Shown: positions 59,124-64,000 of the stretch, one piece after another
Layout of the letters: each line of letters starts with the position of its first letter
Numbering within the stretch: the first letter of the stretch is position 1
Notes under the pieces: generated by a model
The model's database searches: none
Seen by the model: only the letters and a program-made list of their open reading frames with translations
Told to the model about the DNA's origin: nothing
Program-made: the position numbers and the translations under genes
Source: Gemmatimonadota bacterium
GTDB taxonomy: Bacteria > Gemmatimonadota > Gemmatimonadetes > Palauibacterales > Palauibacteraceae
NCBI GenBank assembly: GCA_963666735.1
Contig: OY762926.1
Coordinates: 2,816,001 to 2,880,000 of the forward strand
Length of the DNA stretch: 64,000 nucleotides
Reading direction: 5' to 3'

Positions 59124-60904
59124 TGCGGCGCGCGCGCTCGGTGGCCTTCGCGGCCGCGGCGCTGCTCGCGCTCGGGGCGGCGCCGCCGGCCGGGTCGCCG
59201 GCCGGGCTGGCCGGGCCGGATGCGCCGGTGGCCGACGCGGCCATGCGCGGCGATCTGGACGCCGTGCGGTCGCTGCTCGCCGCGGGGGAGGACGTGAACG
59301 ACGCCCGGGGCGACGGCATGACGGCACTCCACTGGGCCGCGATGAAGGGACGGCTCGACGTGGCCCAAGTGCTGATCGAGGCGGGCGCGGACCTTGGAGC
59401 GGGCACGCGGCTGGGCGGGCACGCGCCGCTCCACGTTGCGAGCCGGGCGGCGCACGCGCCGCTCGTCGAGGCGCTGTTGGAGGCGGGAGCCGACGCCCTC
59501 GCCGCGACGTCGACCGGCGCGACCGCGCTGCACTTCGCGGCCGCCGCCGGGTCGCCGGATGCGGTCGCGGCGCTGCTGCGCCACGGTGCCGATCCGAATG
59601 CCCGGGAGCCCGAATGGGGCCAGACGCCGCTCATGTTCGCCGCGGCGGCGGGCCGGGCCGGCTCGGCGAGTGCCCTCGTCGACGCGGGGGCCGACGTTTC
59701 GCTCACCGCCTACGTGCTCGACATCGTGGCGCGCGACGCGTGGGACCAGCTCGACCGCCGCGAACGCAATGCCCGCGTGGCCGCGCTCCGGGCGGGCCGC
59801 GCGCCGCCGCCCGCGAACGAGCGTGAGCCGGCCCCCGGGCCGACCGCCGCGCCCGGCTCCGGCCCCCAGCCCGTGCGGCTGGCGGACCCCGAGGAGCCGG
59901 CCTGCTCCGGCTGCCTGGGCAACTACGCCGACCTCGTCGGTACGCACGGCGGGCTGACCGCGCTGCTGCTCGCGGCCCGCGAAGGCCACCGCGACGCGGC
60001 GCTGGCGCTGCTCGACGAGGGTGCGGACATCGACCAGCGGAGCGCCGCGGACGACACGACCCCGCTGCTCATCGCGATGATCAACGGGCACTTCGACCTC
60101 GCGATGGAACTTTTCGCGCGGGGCGCCGACCCCACCTTGGCGAGCGATGCGGGGGCCACCCCGCTGTACGCGGCGCTCAACATGCACTGGGCCCCGAAGG
60201 CGCGGCATCCGCAGCCCACCGACGTGCATCAGCAGGCGTGGTCTTATCTCGACGTCATGCGAACGCTGCTCGAGGCGGGCGTAGACCCGAACCCGCGGCT
60301 CAGGAAGTCGCTCTGGTTCACGACCTACAATCGTGATCTGCTCGGGGTCGACCGCACCGGCGCCACGCCCTTCTGGCGCGCCGCGCACGCGCTCGACATC
60401 GACGCCATGAAGCTGCTCCTGGAGTACGGGGCCGATCCCGCGATTCCGACGGCGAAGGTGCCGGAGCGGCGTTACGGCCGGGGCGGAGACGACATCGATC
60501 ATTCCGGTCTCGATCCGATCCCCGTCGGGGGACCGGCCGTCCATCCGATCCATGCGGCGGCCGGCGTCGGCTACGGGCAGGGCTTCGCCGGTAACTCGCA
60601 CCGCCATGTGCCGGACGGCTGGCTACACGCCATGAAGTTCCTCGTCGAGGAACTCGGCGCCGACGTGAACGCGCGCGACCACAACGGGTACACGCCCGCC
60701 CACCACGCCGCCTCGCGCGGCGACAACGAGATGATCCTCTATCTCGTCGAGCAGGGCGCCGACGTGACGCTCGTGGCCCGTAACGGACAGACCACGGTGG
60801 ACCTGGCGAACGGGCCGGTGCAGCGGGTGCAGCCGTTCCCGGAGACGATCGTCCTCCTCGAGAGCCTCGGCGCGAGGAACAACCACCGCTGCGTCTCCTG
60901 CTGA
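59123..60904 (+). CDS. Secreted ankyrin-repeat protein with C-terminal CxxC, copy 2
   Basis: Ankyrin repeats; internal CSGC; ends HRCVSC; TGATG coupling. Confidence 0.9.
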   Translation: MRRARSVAFAAAALLALGAAPPAGSPAGLAGPDAPVADAAMRGDLDAVRSLLAAGEDVNDARGDGMTALHWAAMKGRLDVAQVLIEAGADLGAGTRLGGHAPLHVASRAAHAPLVEALLEAGADALAATSTGATALHFAAAAGSPDAVAALLRHGADPNAREPEWGQTPLMFAAAAGRAGSASALVDAGADVSLTAYVLDIVARDAWDQLDRRERNARVAALRAGRAPPPANEREPAPGPTAAPGSGPQPVRLADPEEPACSGCLGNYADLVGTHGGLTALLLAAREGHRDAALALLDEGADIDQRSAADDTTPLLIAMINGHFDLAMELFARGADPTLASDAGATPLYAALNMHWAPKARHPQPTDVHQQAWSYLDVMRTLLEAGVDPNPRLRKSLWFTTYNRDLLGVDRTGATPFWRAAHALDIDAMKLLLEYGADPAIPTAKVPERRYGRGGDDIDHSGLDPIPVGGPAVHPIHAAAGVGYGQGFAGNSHRHVPDGWLHAMKFLVEELGADVNARDHNGYTPAHHAASRGDNEMILYLVEQGADVTLVARNGQTTVDLANGPVQRVQPFPETIVLLESLGARNNHRCVSC

Positions 60905-60977
60905 CCGCGAGCCCTCGACGACTCGTGACGAGAACCCATCAACAAGACCGGCGAACTCGGGCCGGCCTGACCTGACC

Positions 60978-62531
60978 ATGCCGGATACCGCTACTGTCTG
61001 GGAACTGCTCGCGGGCGGTTCGGGGGAGAGTCCCGCCATCGCCGCCCCCTCACGCGAACCGCTGAGCTACGACGGCCTCCGCCGCCAGGTCCAGGCGACT
61101 GTCCGCACCCTCAACGGCTTCGGCATCGGGCGGAACGATCGTGTGGCGATCGTCCTCCCGAACGGGCCCGAGATGGCAACCGCCTTCGTCTCGGTGGCGT
61201 GCGCGGCCACGGCCGCACCGTTGAATCCGGCCTACCGGCAGCCCGAGTTCGAGTTCTATCTCGAGGACCTCAGCGCGAAGGCCCTCATCCTCGAAGCAGG
61301 AAGCGACTCGCCGGCGCGAGCCGCGGCCGTAGAACTGGGGATCCCGATTTTCGAGTCAGGTGCCGACCTAGAGGCCCCGGCCGGGACGTTCGACTGCGCG
61401 CGGGAGGGATCCGGCGGGAACGGAACCAACGGCGCGAACTCGACGGGGGAGGGCCTCCGGGACGGCTTGGCGGAAGCGGATGACATTGCGCTCATCCTCC
61501 ATACTTCGGGGACCACGTCCCGTCCCAAGATGGTGCCGCTCACGCACCGGAACGTGTGCGCCTCCGCAGTCAACGTTCAGCATACGCTGCGGCTCACCGC
61601 GGAGGACTGCTGTCTGAACGTGATGCCGCTGTTCCACATCCACGGACTGATCGCGGCGGTCCTCGCACCGCTCGGCACCGGGGGCTCAATCTTCTGTACC
61701 CCCGGCTTCAATGCGCTCCGTTTCTTCGCGTGGCTCGACGAGTCGCGGCCCACCTTCTATACGGCCGTTCCCACCATGCACCAGGCGATCCTGGCACGGG
61801 CCCCGAGGAACCGCGACGCGATCGATCGGGCGAACCTGCGCTTCATCCGCTCGGCCTCCGCCCCCCTCTTGCGGCAGGTGATGGCGGAGCTCGAGGAGAC
61901 GTTCGGCGCCCCCGTGGTGGAGGCGTACGCGATGACCGAGGCGGCGCACCAGATGACGTGCAATCCCCTTCCGCCCGCGCCACGCAAGCCGGGGACAGTG
62001 GGGATCGCCGCGGGCCCCGAGGTGTCGGTGATGGACGAGGCCGGAGCGCTCCTGCCGGCGGGCGAGGTGGGGGAGATCGTCATCCGCGGCGCGAACGTCA
62101 GCGACGGCTACGAGAACAACCCCGCCGCGAACGCCGAAGCCTTCACGAACGGCTGGTTCCGGACGGGGGACCAGGGGGTGATGGACGACGAGGGCTACCT
62201 CAGGATCACCGGACGCCTGAAGGAGATCATCAACCGCGGGGGCGAGAAGATCTCGCCGCGCGAGATCGACGAGGCGATCCTCGACCACCCGGCGGTGCGG
62301 CAGGTCGTGGCGTTCGCGGTGCCGCACCCGAAGCTGGGCGAGGACATCGCGGCCGCCGCGGTGCTCCGCGAGGGGATGGAGGCGACGCCGCGCGAGCTTC
62401 AGGCGTTCGCGGCGGAGCGCCTCGCCGACTTCAAGGTCCCCCGGAAGATCCTCCTCATGGACGACATCCCCAAAGGTCCGACCGGCAAACTCCAGCGCAT
62501 CGGCATGGCCGAGAAGCTCGGCCTGACCTGA
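60978..62531 (+). CDS. Acyl-CoA synthetase, oxalate-CoA ligase (AAE3/Pcs60)-like
   Basis: HTSGTTSRPK, YTAVPTMHQ, FIRSASAPL, EAYAMTEA, NPLPP. Confidence 0.85.
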   Translation: MPDTATVWELLAGGSGESPAIAAPSREPLSYDGLRRQVQATVRTLNGFGIGRNDRVAIVLPNGPEMATAFVSVACAATAAPLNPAYRQPEFEFYLEDLSAKALILEAGSDSPARAAAVELGIPIFESGADLEAPAGTFDCAREGSGGNGTNGANSTGEGLRDGLAEADDIALILHTSGTTSRPKMVPLTHRNVCASAVNVQHTLRLTAEDCCLNVMPLFHIHGLIAAVLAPLGTGGSIFCTPGFNALRFFAWLDESRPTFYTAVPTMHQAILARAPRNRDAIDRANLRFIRSASAPLLRQVMAELEETFGAPVVEAYAMTEAAHQMTCNPLPPAPRKPGTVGIAAGPEVSVMDEAGALLPAGEVGEIVIRGANVSDGYENNPAANAEAFTNGWFRTGDQGVMDDEGYLRITGRLKEIINRGGEKISPREIDEAILDHPAVRQVVAFAVPHPKLGEDIAAAAVLREGMEATPRELQAFAAERLADFKVPRKILLMDDIPKGPTGKLQRIGMAEKLGLT

Positions 62532-62544
62532 CCGGGGGCGGCTG

Positions 62545-63525
62545 ATGCGGATCTGCATCTACGGGGCGGGTGCGATCGGGGGATACCTCGGCGCGCAACT
62601 GTCGCTGGCGGGGCGGGACGTCACGCTCATCGCGCGCGGCCCCCACCTGAAGGCGATGCGGCAACACGGCGTGCGACTGCTGATCGACGGCGAGGAGCGG
62701 GTCGCCCACCCCCGCTGCACGGACGACCCCGCGGAGGTGGGGCCTCAGGACTACGTGATCGTCACGCTCAAGGCACATTCCGTCCCCTGGATCGTGGAAC
62801 CGATGCAGCCCCTGCTCGGGCCCGGCACGGCGGTCGTCACGGCGACGAACGGCCTCCCGTGGTGGTACTTCTACGAACTCGAAGGCCCGTGGCGCGACCG
62901 GCGCCTCGAGAGCCTCGACCCCGGCGGCGTGCAGTGGGACGGGATCGGCCCGGAGCGCGTCATCGGCTGCGTCGTGTATGCCGCGACGGAGGTGTCCGAG
63001 CCCGGCGTGATCCGGCACCTGAAGTACAACCGGTTCACGCTCGGCGAGCCGAGCGGCGAGAAGACGGAGCGCGTGCGGCGGCTGGCGCGAGCGATGATCG
63101 GCGCGGGATTCCGGGCTCCGATCCGGGGCATCCGAAACGAGATGTGGGTGAAGCTGTGGGGGAACGTCGCCTTCAATCCGATCAGCGCCCTCACGCAGGA
63201 GACCGTGGACACCATCGCCCGGGACCCCGGCACGCGCGCCGTCGCGAAGACGATGATGCTCGAAGGGCAGGCGGTCGCCGAAGCCCTGGGCGCCCGCTTC
63301 TCGATCGACATCGAGCGGCGGATCAACGGGATCGAGGCCGTCGGCGCCCACCGCACCTCGATGCTGCAGGATCTCGACAAGGGCCGGCCCATGGAGATCG
63401 ACGCCCTCGTCACGGCCGTGCAGGAGATGGGGCGCATGGTCGACGTTCCCACCCCCACGATCGACGTGATCCTCGCCCTGGTCCGCCAGCGCGCCCGCGT
63501 CGCCGGCGCTTACCCCTCCGCCTGA
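62545..63525 (+). CDS. Ketopantoate-reductase-family protein (PanE2/oxalyl-CoA reductase-like)
   Basis: GAGAIGG, NGLPWWYFY, KLWGNVAFNPISAL, TSMLQD..E. Confidence 0.85.
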   Translation: MRICIYGAGAIGGYLGAQLSLAGRDVTLIARGPHLKAMRQHGVRLLIDGEERVAHPRCTDDPAEVGPQDYVIVTLKAHSVPWIVEPMQPLLGPGTAVVTATNGLPWWYFYELEGPWRDRRLESLDPGGVQWDGIGPERVIGCVVYAATEVSEPGVIRHLKYNRFTLGEPSGEKTERVRRLARAMIGAGFRAPIRGIRNEMWVKLWGNVAFNPISALTQETVDTIARDPGTRAVAKTMMLEGQAVAEALGARFSIDIERRINGIEAVGAHRTSMLQDLDKGRPMEIDALVTAVQEMGRMVDVPTPTIDVILALVRQRARVAGAYPSA

Positions 63526-63563
63526 ATTCGACCCGGGATCCGACGATCCCACTGGAGAACCAT

Positions 63564-63998
63564 ATGAAGGATCCTCCGGACGGTTGGCCGAGAATCACCC
63601 CCGCGGTGTTCTACGACGACGCGGGCGCCGCGATCGACTGGTTGGCCGATGCGTTCGGGTTCGACGTGCGGGAGAGGATCGAGAACGAGCAGGAGCAGGT
63701 CGTGCATTCCCAGCTCGCCCTGAACGGCGGCCTCATCATGGTTGGCCAGGCGGGGCTCACGCCGAGCCGGACGTACCCCCGATCCCCGCAGGCCGCTGAC
63801 GGCGCGAACACGCAGTCGCTGATGGTCTACGTGGACGACGCGGACGCCCACTGCGAGCGGGCCCGCGCGGCCGGCGCCGCGATCACGACCGAGCCGGCGA
63901 CCCAGGACTACGGCGAGGACTACTGGTCCGACCGGAGCTACGAAGTCCGCGATCTCGAAGGTCACTACTGGTGGTTCGTGCAGCGTCTCCGCAGTTAG
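63564..63998 (+). CDS. VOC/PhnB-like protein
   Basis: YDDAGAAIDWLADAFGF..RDLEGHYWWF. Confidence 0.88.
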   Translation: MKDPPDGWPRITPAVFYDDAGAAIDWLADAFGFDVRERIENEQEQVVHSQLALNGGLIMVGQAGLTPSRTYPRSPQAADGANTQSLMVYVDDADAHCERARAAGAAITTEPATQDYGEDYWSDRSYEVRDLEGHYWWFVQRLRS

Positions 63999-64000
63999 CG

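Overview
A high-GC bacterial window. The gene content (DUF1592/DUF1552 pairs, DUF5916, PadR plus permease-prefix, many secreted hydrolases, GxGPGE beta-propellers) suggests Gemmatimonadota or a similar lineage, possibly a sponge symbiont; this is inference only. Family names come from motif recognition, not database searches. The backbone is metabolic and secreted-enzyme genes, including ilvA-like, an NSS transporter, tyrA, CcdA+TlpA, P450-ferredoxin-SDR-quinone reductase and an oxalate-CoA ligase-like + PanE2-like pair. Three decayed accessory regions interrupt it: an IS graveyard at 13.3-19.2 kb, a defence-island remnant plus an intact IS1182 at 34.2-38.4 kb, and TA/nuclease debris at 41-43.4 kb. 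Main points: (1) two paralogous copies of an uncharacterised exported operon of di-heme DUF1592, Tat-exported DUF1552 and an ankyrin protein ending in CxxC; (2) a probable selenoprotein peroxiredoxin (UGA at the catalytic site plus a SECIS-like hairpin) that the ORF track splits in two; (3) nested IS1380>IS21>IS1111 elements, where the inner one keeps its ends and putative bridge/seekRNA region; (4) a heme-c/copper monooxygenase operon; (5) two opposite-strand cargo insertions each followed by a duplicate of upstream gene sequence. No tRNA, rRNA or CRISPR array was recognised.
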